This document shows positions 1 to 12,741 of a stretch of DNA of 64,000 bases, in pieces (the stretch's first letter is position 1; each line of letters opens with the position of its first letter). Location: NCBI GenBank assembly GCA_965262725.1, contig OZ253555.1, forward strand, positions 3,584,001-3,648,000. Direction: 5' to 3'. This DNA comes from Dehalococcoidia bacterium. Its GTDB lineage: Bacteria; Chloroflexota; Dehalococcoidia; UBA2979. Made by a program: the position numbers and the translations under genes. The notes under the pieces are model-generated. The model did not search any database and was not told the DNA's origin. It worked only from the letters and a program-made list of their open reading frames with translations.

Positions 1-3994
<3,994 letters not shown>

Positions 3995-4264
3995 GAGTGA
4001 CCCCTCTCCTCGACATGCGGCCGCAGGATGCGGACCAACCGCGACACCGGCCGACCCGTGCTCACGAGGCGCGGTTGGGCGTCGGCGCTCGCGGCGATTT
4101 CAGATCGCGGGTTTGCCTCTCAGGGGAGCGCGCGCAGCAGGGATCCTCGCGGGCATACGTGACCGCCGGCGCGCCGCACAGCGAACCGACGCCACCGCGC
4201 GCGGGAGCGCGGTGGTGTACCAACGTGAAACAGCAAGCTTAGTAGCGGCGTACAAGGCCCGGGA

Positions 4265-4293
4265 AGTGTAGTGGCCGGGGGGCGGAAACTCAA
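4265..4293 (-). promoter_or_regulatory. Putative sigma70 promoter of rpoBC
   Basis: Minus strand reads TTGAGT (4293-4288), 17 nt, TACACT (4270-4265), about 270 nt upstream of rpoB. Confidence 0.55.
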
Positions 4294-4462
4294 CCCCGCG
4301 AATCCTGCCGGCGCCTGGCAACACGCGGCGCCGGAGGGCCGCCGGGTTGCGCGATCACTCGCGCTGCCCGGCCCGGCGGCTGTCGCCGTCGGGCCGCGGC
4401 GCCATGCTACCGTGAGCCGCGGAGGATGGGCGCCAGACGGCGTATCCCACAGGGAGGTGGCG

Positions 4463-4945
4463 GTGGCTGGATTCGCGAGCGCCGAGGTCGAGGCAGCGTG
4501 GAACAGCGTGGCGCAACGGCTCGACGGCCTCGTCGCCCTGGTGGCCGGCCGTGATGCCGCCGAGCTGAACTGGCGGCCGCCAGCGCCCGACGCGAACAGC
4601 CTCTACGTTCTCGCCACGCACACCATCGCCAACGCGCGTCAGGGACTTCTCGTCGTCCTCTGCGGCCATGCCGACGACCGCGATCGCGACGCAGAGTTCC
4701 GCGCCGGCGGCGACTCCGGCGAACCGCTGGAGCATCGCTGGCACGAGCTCCGCGCCGAGATGCTCGACTGCCTCGCCGCGCTTCCCCCCGCGCGCCTGGA
4801 CGAGACGCTCGTCCATCCGCGCCAGGGCGAGCTCACCGGCCGCGAGACGCTCCTCCTCGTCGCGACACACGCGGCCGAACATCTCGGCCAGGCGGAGCTG
4901 ACCCGCGACCTCCTCGCCGCGAGCCCGGGCGGCACGGCCGCCTAG
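4463..4945 (+). CDS. DinB/DUF664-family protein
   Basis: GTG start after GGGAGG. Motifs LNWRP..DANSLYVLATH, RDRDAEF and HAAEHLGQAELTRD are typical of the DinB-like fold. Confidence 0.8.
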   Translation: MAGFASAEVEAAWNSVAQRLDGLVALVAGRDAAELNWRPPAPDANSLYVLATHTIANARQGLLVVLCGHADDRDRDAEFRAGGDSGEPLEHRWHELRAEMLDCLAALPPARLDETLVHPRQGELTGRETLLLVATHAAEHLGQAELTRDLLAASPGGTAA

Positions 4946-6132
4946 GGGGCGAGCGACCCCGGCATAGGCGACGCGCCCGCCAGGGGGCGCCGCGACGCCG
5001 CTTCCCAGATCGCCCACGCCTCCTTCGGCGTATCCTCGGCGTTGCGCAGCCCGGTGCTCGCCAGCAGGTCGGCCGGCGGTGCGACCTCGTAGCGTGGGTC
5101 GCGGCCGAGGTACCAGACCACGAGCTCGACTCCGAGTGCGTCCGCATCCTCGAGCAGCCGCGCCAGGAAGCGCCGCTGCTCCGGCTCCGTCGACGAGTTC
5201 ACCCCGTCCCGCCCCGGTGTCGACGCGAACCCGACCGAGAGGAAGGCGATCGGAGCCTGGATGCGATCCGCGATCTGGGAGTAGTAGTCCGGCGGCACCT
5301 TGCGGGCCACCGCGTACGCGAACGAGGGGAAGCTCGACAGCGCGAGAAGATCGAGACGATCCCGATAATCCTCCAGCAGCTCCCAGCGCGGCACGTGCGG
5401 GGGGAGCCACGGGACGACCCCCAGGAGCTCCTCGTACTGGAAAGTGACGAAGACCTGCGTCTCCGGGCTCACCTCCTTCACGGCGAGATAGGCTTCGCGA
5501 TAGGCCGCCGTGAACTGACGATACGCCGTCGGGTCGCGCTCGAATGTGGAATTGATCTCGCTGGCGAGCGAGAGGTACGCCGGGCGCTCGTTGGACGCCA
5601 CGTAGCGCGCCTCCTCGACGAAGGCTCGCCGCAACGCCGGATCGGAGAGATCGCGCCCCTCGTAGCCCGCTGGCAGAGCGGCGAGCCGGCCGCGATCCGC
5701 GGGATCGAACGGATCGAGCGCCACGACGAGCGCGAGCCCGCGCGACGACGCCGCCTCGCGCTCCGAGACGGTGCGCGCGGCCAGGTCGTCGACCTCATCG
5801 GACCCGGGCAAGAACGCCGCCCAGCGGGGGGCGCGCGGCACGACGATCACCTCGCCGTACATCGCGGCGAAATCGAAGGCCGCCCGGTAGGACTCGTCGG
5901 TCAGCTCCGCCGGCGTCGCGGTGAACCCGAGCAGGTAGGAGCGCGGCGGTCCCTCCCGGGGCCGAGGCGGCAGCGCCGCGGGCGATTCGGTCGGAGGCGG
6001 CGCAACGGGCGGGTCGGGCGAACCGCCGCAGCCGGCGACCAGCAGGAGGAGCGCCAGAAGCCCGGCCGACCATCGTGCCCACGAAACCGGCGGAACGGGA
6101 GAGAGAACGCCGCGGGCCCGCCGCCAGCTCAC
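4942..6132 (-). CDS. Putative lipoprotein with glycoside-hydrolase-like TIM barrel
   Basis: Hydrophobic signal with lipobox LLVAGC and a Pro-rich linker, then YLSLASEIN, VKEVSPETQVFVTFQYE, DLLALSSFP and GLRNAEDTPKEAWAIW. Start moved from 6504 to GTG 6132 to avoid overlap with the divergent gene. Confidence 0.65.
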   Translation of the reverse strand: MSWRRARGVLSPVPPVSWARWSAGLLALLLLVAGCGGSPDPPVAPPPTESPAALPPRPREGPPRSYLLGFTATPAELTDESYRAAFDFAAMYGEVIVVPRAPRWAAFLPGSDEVDDLAARTVSEREAASSRGLALVVALDPFDPADRGRLAALPAGYEGRDLSDPALRRAFVEEARYVASNERPAYLSLASEINSTFERDPTAYRQFTAAYREAYLAVKEVSPETQVFVTFQYEELLGVVPWLPPHVPRWELLEDYRDRLDLLALSSFPSFAYAVARKVPPDYYSQIADRIQAPIAFLSVGFASTPGRDGVNSSTEPEQRRFLARLLEDADALGVELVVWYLGRDPRYEVAPPADLLASTGLRNAEDTPKEAWAIWEAASRRPLAGASPMPGSLAP

Positions 6133-6222
6133 GGCGTGATTCTCGCCGCCGCCGCCGTCGGCAGCAATGCCGCCTGTTTTCGAGCCACCCGGGCGGGACC
6201 GAGCGCCGTGTAGACTGGCGAT

Positions 6223-6672
6223 GTGGATCACCGCTTCGAAGTCGACCTCTCCGGGCTCAAGCGATCGCTTAGCACGACCGACCACGTCCTGATGCGATTC
6301 CAGCCCTTCCCGCAGCGTCTCTTCATCGACTTCCGCAGCAGCGCCGAGCGCGGACCCGGCGCCTGCGTGCTGCCGCAGGCGAGTACCCTCGCCGAGCGGC
6401 TCGCCTCCGTCGAGAGAGCGCGGCCCGGGCTCCCGCCGCTGAAGCAGCTTCGCGTCTTCGTCTGGCCCCTGCGCGTCCGCTCGCTCGACCGGCTCGGGCT
6501 GCACGACGTCGTGCGCGCGCGCTTCGCCGCGCTCGACGCCCTCGAGGCGATCCCCGAGCTCAACGAGGCGCAGGAGGAGTTGCTGAGTCTTGAGCGCGAG
6601 GAGCTGCGCCGGGCCATCACCGGTGATGGGTACCGCACGCTCTGGACCCGCGCGGACCAGCGCTCATCGTGA
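6223..6672 (+). CDS. Hypothetical protein
   Basis: 149 aa ORF with protein-like composition and host codon usage, ending AITGDGYRTLW. No recognised family. Confidence 0.65.
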   Translation: MDHRFEVDLSGLKRSLSTTDHVLMRFQPFPQRLFIDFRSSAERGPGACVLPQASTLAERLASVERARPGLPPLKQLRVFVWPLRVRSLDRLGLHDVVRARFAALDALEAIPELNEAQEELLSLEREELRRAITGDGYRTLWTRADQRSS

Positions 6673-6715
6673 GCTGGGCGCCTCCCGCCCCGCGCGGGTG
6701 AGCGAACCGTCCTAG

Positions 6716-7078
6716 ATGGAGCGCTCCCGCTTCCGGCGGCTCGTGACGCGCGCGCTACGGTCGCTCCCCGTCGACATCAGAGACCGGCTGGACAACCTTG
6801 AGATTGTGATCCGCCGCGAACCCTCCAGCGGGGAGCTCCGCGAGGCGGGGCTCCCGCAGGGCGAGGGTCTCTTCGGCCTCTACGTCGGGACTCCGCACAC
6901 CGAGCGCGGCGAGTACCAGCTCGCCCTCCCCGACCGCATCGTCATCTACCAGGGCCCGCTCGAGCGGGCCATCCACCCGCGTGACATCCCGCGGGAAGTG
7001 GCCGCCACGGTGATCCACGAGATCGGTCACCACTTCGGCATCGACGACGACCGCCTCGAGGAACTGGGCATCGGCTAG
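6716..7078 (+). CDS. Minimal zincin-like metallopeptidase
   Basis: LFGLYVG, LPDRIVIYQGPL and the HExxH motif HEIGHHFGIDDDRL. Confidence 0.9.
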   Translation: MERSRFRRLVTRALRSLPVDIRDRLDNLEIVIRREPSSGELREAGLPQGEGLFGLYVGTPHTERGEYQLALPDRIVIYQGPLERAIHPRDIPREVAATVIHEIGHHFGIDDDRLEELGIG

Positions 7079-8262
7079 ACACCCCCGGCGTCCGCGGTGC
7101 CGCCATCTCTCGCGAGGAATCGCGTGACGAGTCGCTCGGCGGCGCGCATCACGAGCTCGTGCGCGCGGCGCATCGCCTCCTCGCGCGGGCGGCCCGCGCC
7201 GGCTTCCTCGTAGTCGACCAGGCCCGGCGGACGCGCCGCCAGCTCGCCGCACACCGCGAGGCACGGCCGACCGGCCGCGGCGGCCACCCCGGCGGCGTAG
7301 TGCGTCGCCTTGCCGAAGGCGCTCTGCTCGTCGAGCCGACCCTCTCCCGTGATCACCAGATCCGAGCGGCGCGCGGCCGCCGCGAGTCCGACCGCCTCGC
7401 CCACCAGCGCCGCGCCACCCTCGAGCTTCGCCTCCGCCCCGGCCGCGGCGGCCGCGGCCAGAAGACCAACCGGAAGCCCACCGCCGGCTCCAGCACCCGC
7501 GACATCCGCCACATCGACGCCCACGTCCTCCAGGCAGCGAGCCGCCCAGCGCGCGAGCCCGGCCTCGAGCCTGCGGGCCAGGACGGCGTCGACGCCCTTC
7601 TGCGGGCCGTAAACGGCCGTCGCCCCCTCCGGTCCGAGCAGCGGGTTGGAGACGTCGACGGCGATGTGCAGCGACGCGCCGCGGAGCGCCTCGCGCGATG
7701 GGCCGCTGCGCGCGCGCTCGATCCGCCCCAGGTCGACAAGCGCCCCTCCCCCCTCGGCGAGCGGAGCACCACGGGCGTCGATGAGCGCGAGGCCGAGCGC
7801 GCGAGCGGCGCCGGCGCCGCCGTCGTTGGTAGCCGTGCCGCCGACGCCGACGACTATCTCGCGCGCGCCGTGGGCGAGGGCGCGGGTGATCAGCTCGCCG
7901 ACGCCGCGCGTCGTGGCGCGCGCCGCGTCCCTCCTCCCCGCCGACAGCCGGGCGATCCCGCACGCCTCCGCCGACTCGACGATCGCGACCGGCGCGCCGG
8001 AGGCGCGAGCGAGCACCGCGAGGCGCGCCGCGACCGGCTCACCGAGCGGCCCGCTCACGCGCACGCGGCTCAGCGCCGCCGGCTCCGCCGCGGCGAGCAC
8101 ATCGAGCGTGCCCGGTCCGCCGTCGGCCAACGGCCGCTCGACCACGCGGCCCTCCACGCCCGCCCGGACGAGCGCGCGCCGCGCGCCGCGCGCGATCGAC
8201 GCCGTCGCCTGCTCAGCCGTCAAAGAGCCCTTGAACTCCTGCGGGCAGACGAGCACCCGCAC
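7075..8262 (-). CDS. Glycerate kinase (GlxK/GarK family)
   Basis: CPQEFKGSL, PLADGGPGT, GVGGTATNDGGAG, YGPQKG, GAGAGGG and ITGEGRLDEQSAFGK. Confidence 0.93.
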   Translation of the reverse strand: MRVLVCPQEFKGSLTAEQATASIARGARRALVRAGVEGRVVERPLADGGPGTLDVLAAAEPAALSRVRVSGPLGEPVAARLAVLARASGAPVAIVESAEACGIARLSAGRRDAARATTRGVGELITRALAHGAREIVVGVGGTATNDGGAGAARALGLALIDARGAPLAEGGGALVDLGRIERARSGPSREALRGASLHIAVDVSNPLLGPEGATAVYGPQKGVDAVLARRLEAGLARWAARCLEDVGVDVADVAGAGAGGGLPVGLLAAAAAAGAEAKLEGGAALVGEAVGLAAAARRSDLVITGEGRLDEQSAFGKATHYAAGVAAAAGRPCLAVCGELAARPPGLVDYEEAGAGRPREEAMRRAHELVMRAAERLVTRFLARDGGTADAGGV

Positions 8263-8272
8263 CGGCGGTCCC

Positions 8273-8452
8273 TCAGGTCCCCCAGCCGAAGGCGACGCGC
8301 AGCAGCGCCGAGATCACGATCGCCGCGACATAGGCGTAGGCGACGACGCGGGCGCGCTGCCCCAGCTGCCGCATCTGGGTCGGGCGGAGGATCATCATCG
8401 CCACCAGCACGAGCCCGCTCGCGACCAGCAGCAGCCGGAGGAGGCTTCCCAT
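8273..8452 (-). CDS. Small membrane protein (59 aa, two TM helices)
   Basis: MGSLLRLLLVASGLVLVAMMILRP...YAYVAAIVISALLRVAFGWGT; stop lies 10 nt upstream of the glycerate kinase start. Confidence 0.6.
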   Translation of the reverse strand: MGSLLRLLLVASGLVLVAMMILRPTQMRQLGQRARVVAYAYVAAIVISALLRVAFGWGT

Positions 8453-8517
8453 CTCGCGATCGTAGTCCGACCGCGCGCTTGACGCGCGGGACGGCCCCTG
8501 CGACGATGGCGAAGAAC

Positions 8518-8531
8518 AGAACGCCTGTTCG
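8518..8531. promoter_or_regulatory. Putative LexA (SOS) box, GAAC-N4-GTTC type
   Basis: AGAACGCCTGTTCG in a divergent intergenic region, just downstream of TTGACG(8479)-N17-GACGAT(8502). Confidence 0.6.
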
Positions 8532-8560
8532 TATCTGTTGATGCCAACCGAGGATCCGCG

Positions 8561-8788
8561 ATGAGTGAGGCGACGTCCCCGAACCGCCCGAGAGCGCGAG
8601 GCGCGCCGCCTCCCCGCCCCGCCGCCTCCGGGCGGCGGCTCCGCCGGTTCGAGGTCCGCGGACCGCACTGTCCGCTCTGCGGCGGCCCCCTCGTCTCCGG
8701 CGAGGGCGCGCGGCTCTGCGCGATCTGCGGCCACCTGGAGTCGGGGGCCGCCTCCTACGCCGAACCCCGGGACCGGCCCGCGGCATAG
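8561..8788 (+). CDS. Small zinc-ribbon protein
   Basis: 75 aa with CPLCGG...CAICGH (two CxxC pairs); GAGGA RBS upstream. Confidence 0.6.
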   Translation: MSEATSPNRPRARGAPPPRPAASGRRLRRFEVRGPHCPLCGGPLVSGEGARLCAICGHLESGAASYAEPRDRPAA

Positions 8789-8828
8789 GGGTAGATCGCA
8801 GGCGGCTCAGCGCGCGCCCGTTCCTTCG

Positions 8829-9587
8829 CTACGGCGTGTCCGCCGCAGGCGGCGCGACACCCAGAAGCGGGGGCAGCTCGGCGAGGGAGCGCAGCTCCGC
8901 ATCGGGCTCGTCGCGGCCCGAGCCGTCGTGCCAGCCGCCCGGCCGGCGCAGCCAGAGCGCGGCGAGCCCTGCGGCGTGCGCGCCGGTCACGTCGTGGGCC
9001 GGGTTGTCGCCGACGTAGGCCGCCGGGCGACCGCTGGCGTCGAGCCTCGTGAGCGCGTACCAGAAGATCGCGGGGTCGGGCTTGCGGAGGCCCACCTCCT
9101 CGGAGATCACGACCACCGGGAAGAACCGCTCGAGGCCGAAGCGCTCGATCTTCGGGCGCTGGTCGGCGGACAGGCCGTTCGAGACGAGACCGAGACGACG
9201 GCGCCCCCTGAGAAGGTCCAGCAGCGGGATCGCATCGGAAAACGGCCGCAGGTGGCGCGGCCAGCACTCCCGGTAGCGCGACCAGGCGGCGTCGGCCTCA
9301 GCCTCCGTGCCCCCGCGCTCGCCGAGCAGGCGGCGGAACGCCAGGCGGCTCCACTCGTGGCGCCACTCGGCATCGCCCGCCCGGCTCTGCTCCTCCGCCG
9401 TGTAGCGGCGCAAGCGCTCGTGCAGCTCCGCGACCGAGGTCGCGGAGCTGAACTCCGGGTGGCGAGCGGCGAGAGGCTCCACGGCCTCCGTGAAGCCGTC
9501 CCTCCACGCGCTGCGCGTATCGACGAGGGTGTCGTCGAGGTCGACGAGCAGCGTCTCGACGGCTAAGAGCGCGGGTCGTGAACTCAC
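8829..9587 (-). CDS. HAD-family hydrolase
   Basis: Motif I DLDDTL, then VSNG, KPDPAIF and YVGDNPAHDVTGA. Start set at GTG 9587. Confidence 0.9.
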   Translation of the reverse strand: MSSRPALLAVETLLVDLDDTLVDTRSAWRDGFTEAVEPLAARHPEFSSATSVAELHERLRRYTAEEQSRAGDAEWRHEWSRLAFRRLLGERGGTEAEADAAWSRYRECWPRHLRPFSDAIPLLDLLRGRRRLGLVSNGLSADQRPKIERFGLERFFPVVVISEEVGLRKPDPAIFWYALTRLDASGRPAAYVGDNPAHDVTGAHAAGLAALWLRRPGGWHDGSGRDEPDAELRSLAELPPLLGVAPPAADTP

Positions 9588-9606
9588 GGGCCCCTGACGG
9601 GGAGCG

Positions 9607-9960
9607 CTAGCGCTCCCCGTCGTCCCCGTCGCCCTCGTCGTCCCCGTCGCCCTCGTCGTCCTCGTCCTCTTCGTCCTCTTCGTCGCCGTCGTCGGAGAAG
9701 ACTCCGACCTGCTCGCCACGCCAGACCGTGACGATCAGGTCCTCCCGATACGGATCGGCGGTGGAGACGATGCGCTCGTCGATCGCCGCGATCAGCTCCT
9801 GCAACCCATCGTCATCGACCGCGCTGTGGACCGACAGCGTCGCGTAGGTCGCCGACGAGGTGAAGTGGACGTCCACCCGCCCCAGGGAATGCTCCACATC
9901 CTCGATCACCCACGACTCAGAGTGCGGCGTCCTGGCCTCACGCTCGAAGCGAAACTCCAT
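9607..9960 (-). CDS. Hypothetical protein with acidic C-terminal tail
   Basis: MEFRFEREARTPHSESW...DLIVTVWRG followed by an Asp/Glu/Gly-rich tail. Confidence 0.7.
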   Translation of the reverse strand: MEFRFEREARTPHSESWVIEDVEHSLGRVDVHFTSSATYATLSVHSAVDDDGLQELIAAIDERIVSTADPYREDLIVTVWRGEQVGVFSDDGDEEDEEDEDDEGDGDDEGDGDDGER

Positions 9961-10043
9961 GCTCACGCGCCTTCCGTTTCGGGCGCCGCCCATCACCGGC
10001 CGGCGCGATCCCTCGCCTCACACGTCGACCAGCGAACCCTGGG

Positions 10044-11321
10044 CTACGGCCTGATCTGGCCGTGACCCAGGATCACCCACTTATAGGATGTGAGCTCGCG
10101 CAGCCCCATCGGCCCGCGCGCGTGCAGCTTCTGCGTAGAGATGCCGAACTCTGTACCGAGCCCGTACTCGCCGCCATCGGCGAAGCCCGTCGACACGTTC
10201 ACGAACACCGACGCGGCGTCGACCTCCCGCTGGAAGCGCTGCGCCGCCGTATAGGAATCGGTCGCGATCGCCTCCGAGTGCCCGCTCCCGTGTTCGGCGA
10301 TGTGATCGAGCGCCACGTCAAGCGAGTCGACGACGCGCACGGAGCAGTCGAGCGAGAGCCACTCGCGGTCGTAGTCGCCCGGCTCGACCGCCACGACGGG
10401 CGCGCCGCCCTCGACGCGGGCGAGGCGTCCGGCCTCGCCGTCGGCGTGCATCGTCACGCCGTGCGCCGCGAACTCGCGGGAGAGCCGCGGCACCACCTCA
10501 CCTGCGACGCCTCGGTGCACGAGCACGGTATCGAGCGTGTTGCAGACGGAGGGGCGCCTGACCTTCGCGTTGACGGCGATCGCGACCGCCACGTCGAGAT
10601 CGGCATCGACGTCCACGAAGGTATGGCAGACGCCGATACCCCCCGCGACCACGGGCATCGTGGCCTCGTCGCGGACGCGGCGGATGAGGTCCGCGCCCCC
10701 GCGCGGGACGAGCAGGTCGATCTGGTCGTCGGCGGTGAGCAGCGCCCCCACCTCGGCGCGCTCTGTCGAGTCGATGAACTGCACGCACCCCGCCCCAAGC
10801 CCCGCCGCTTCCGCGGCGTCCTGCACGACGCCGGCCAGCGCGCGCGAGCTCGCGTGCGCATCGCTTCCGGAGCGCAGCACGACCGCGTTGCCGGACTTCA
10901 GGCAGAGCGCCGCGATATCCACCGTGACGTTCGGACGCGACTCGTAAACGGCGCCGATCACGCCGAGCGGCACCCGCACCCTCCCCACCTGCATCCCGTT
11001 GGGGCGGATGCGCACGTCCTCCATCTGGCCCACCGGATCGGGGAGGGCCGCCACCTCGCGAGTCGTCGCCGCGATCGCGGCGATGCCCTGCGGCGTGAGC
11101 GCCATGCGATCGATGAAGGAGGCATCGCGACCGCGCGACCGCGCGCGCTCCACCTCCGCGGCGTTCACCTCAAGCAGCTCCGCCTGCCGGGCCATGAGCC
11201 CGCGCGCGGTGCCCTCGAGGGCGGCATCCTTCTGCGCCGTGGTGGCGAAGCGGAGCGTCCGGCTCGCCTCGCGGGCCGCCCTCGCCTTCGTCACCGCCTC
11301 GGTCGGTGTCGCAACCGTCAT
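10044..11321 (-). CDS. proA: Gamma-glutamyl phosphate reductase
   Basis: RVPLGVIGAVYESRPNVT, PSVCNTLD, GSGHSEAI and GISTQKLHARGPMGL. Confidence 0.97.
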   Translation of the reverse strand: MTVATPTEAVTKARAAREASRTLRFATTAQKDAALEGTARGLMARQAELLEVNAAEVERARSRGRDASFIDRMALTPQGIAAIAATTREVAALPDPVGQMEDVRIRPNGMQVGRVRVPLGVIGAVYESRPNVTVDIAALCLKSGNAVVLRSGSDAHASSRALAGVVQDAAEAAGLGAGCVQFIDSTERAEVGALLTADDQIDLLVPRGGADLIRRVRDEATMPVVAGGIGVCHTFVDVDADLDVAVAIAVNAKVRRPSVCNTLDTVLVHRGVAGEVVPRLSREFAAHGVTMHADGEAGRLARVEGGAPVVAVEPGDYDREWLSLDCSVRVVDSLDVALDHIAEHGSGHSEAIATDSYTAAQRFQREVDAASVFVNVSTGFADGGEYGLGTEFGISTQKLHARGPMGLRELTSYKWVILGHGQIRP

Positions 11322-11453
11322 CGAACCCCCGCGTCCATCCTAACGCAGCGCCTGCGGGCGGCACACGGCGCACCGCAGGCGGCCCCGCCGCTACCGAACC
11401 CGCATCGCCGGCCCCCCGGGGCGGCGGCCGCGACCGCGCCACACGGGGCGGTC

Positions 11454-12629
11454 CTAGCGGAGGACCAGGTTGTTGCGGTGGACGACTTCCTCGCCGTACT
11501 CGTGGCCCAGCACCTCCGCGATGCGGCTCGACCGCAGGCCGCGGATGCGGCTGATCTCGTCGGCCGCGTAGTTCGCGATGCCGGTCGCGACACGGCGCCC
11601 GGACTCCGTCTCGACGCGCACGACATCTCCCCGCACGAACTCCCCCTCGACGTCGACCACGCCGGCCGGCAGGAGCGATGTCCCCGACTCCGCGAGCGCG
11701 TGCGCCGCACCCTCGTCGATGCGCACGAGGCCTCGAACGTGCAGCCCGGAGAGGAGGTAGCGCCGGCGGCCGTCGAGGCGAGAGCCGCGCGGGAGGAAGT
11801 GCGTCCCCACCCGCTCGCCGCGCGCGGCGAGCAGCGCCGTGTCGGCGAGGCGGCCGTCGGCAATCACGACGTGCGCGCCGTAGGCGGTGGCAACCTCCGC
11901 CGCCTCGACCTTCGTCACCATCCCTCCGCGCCCAAGCCGGCCGGGCGTCCCCCGCGCCGCCTCCCTGACGCCGCCGTCGATGGTCGTCACGCACTCGATG
12001 AGCGTCGCATCGGGGTCCCGGGCGGGATCGGCGGTATAAAGCCCGCCGGTGTCAGTGAGGATGAGCAGGAGATCGGCGTCGACGAGGTTGGCCACCTGCG
12101 CGGAGAGGGAGTCGTTGTCCCCGAGCACGGAGTCCTGGATCTCGTCGACGGCGACGACATCATTCTCGTTCACCACCGGCAGCACGCCCCGATCGAGGAG
12201 CGTGAGCAGGGTCGTGCGCGCGTTGAGGTAGCCGCGCCGGTCGGCGAGGTCGGTACGCGTCAGGAGTGCCTGCGCCACCACGATCTCCTCTGCCTCGAAG
12301 TGGCGGTCCCACGCGGCCAGCAGGCGCCCCTGCCCGACCGCCGCCAGCGCCTGCCGGGAGCGAACGTCGCTCCCTGCGGCGTGCTCGCCGAGGCGCTGCC
12401 GTCCGGCCGCGATCGCCCCGGAGCTCACGAGGATGACGCCGGCACCCTTCGCCCGGAGGGCCGCCACCTGGACCACGACGCGGCGGAGCGCCGCGTGATC
12501 GATACTCTCCCCGCCCGCCGTGAGCAGGTTGGTCCCCACCTTGACGACGATGCGCTCGTAGACGAGCGCGGCGGCGCCCGCCTGGGTGCCCGCGTCGAGC
12601 CCCGACTCGCCGCCACTGCTATCGGGCAT
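11454..12629 (-). CDS. proB: Glutamate 5-kinase with C-terminal PUA domain
   Basis: RIVVKVGT, VSSGAIAAG, PVVNENDVV, GDNDSLSA, GGMVTKVEAA and C-terminal VHRNNLV. Start set at ATG 12629. Confidence 0.97.
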   Translation of the reverse strand: MPDSSGGESGLDAGTQAGAAALVYERIVVKVGTNLLTAGGESIDHAALRRVVVQVAALRAKGAGVILVSSGAIAAGRQRLGEHAAGSDVRSRQALAAVGQGRLLAAWDRHFEAEEIVVAQALLTRTDLADRRGYLNARTTLLTLLDRGVLPVVNENDVVAVDEIQDSVLGDNDSLSAQVANLVDADLLLILTDTGGLYTADPARDPDATLIECVTTIDGGVREAARGTPGRLGRGGMVTKVEAAEVATAYGAHVVIADGRLADTALLAARGERVGTHFLPRGSRLDGRRRYLLSGLHVRGLVRIDEGAAHALAESGTSLLPAGVVDVEGEFVRGDVVRVETESGRRVATGIANYAADEISRIRGLRSSRIAEVLGHEYGEEVVHRNNLVLR

Positions 12630-12741
12630 GACCCCTCCGACGCGTTCGAGACGCGATATCCCTAGGATGGTCGAGCATCGACGTGCGGTCGAGCGTGGCG
12701 GACGAGCGACCCTTGGGCGCGACGCCCCGGAGGGCGAGAGG

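Noticed and set aside
9615-9690. Short tandem repeats in the acidic-tail gene
   Set aside because: In-frame 9- and 18-nt repeats that simply encode a low-complexity Asp/Glu/Gly tail.
11322-11453. REP-like repeat family in intergenic hairpins (also 14572-14677, 46697-46854)
   Set aside because: The hairpins share no recognisable sequence with one another and are consistent with GC-rich background or ordinary terminators.
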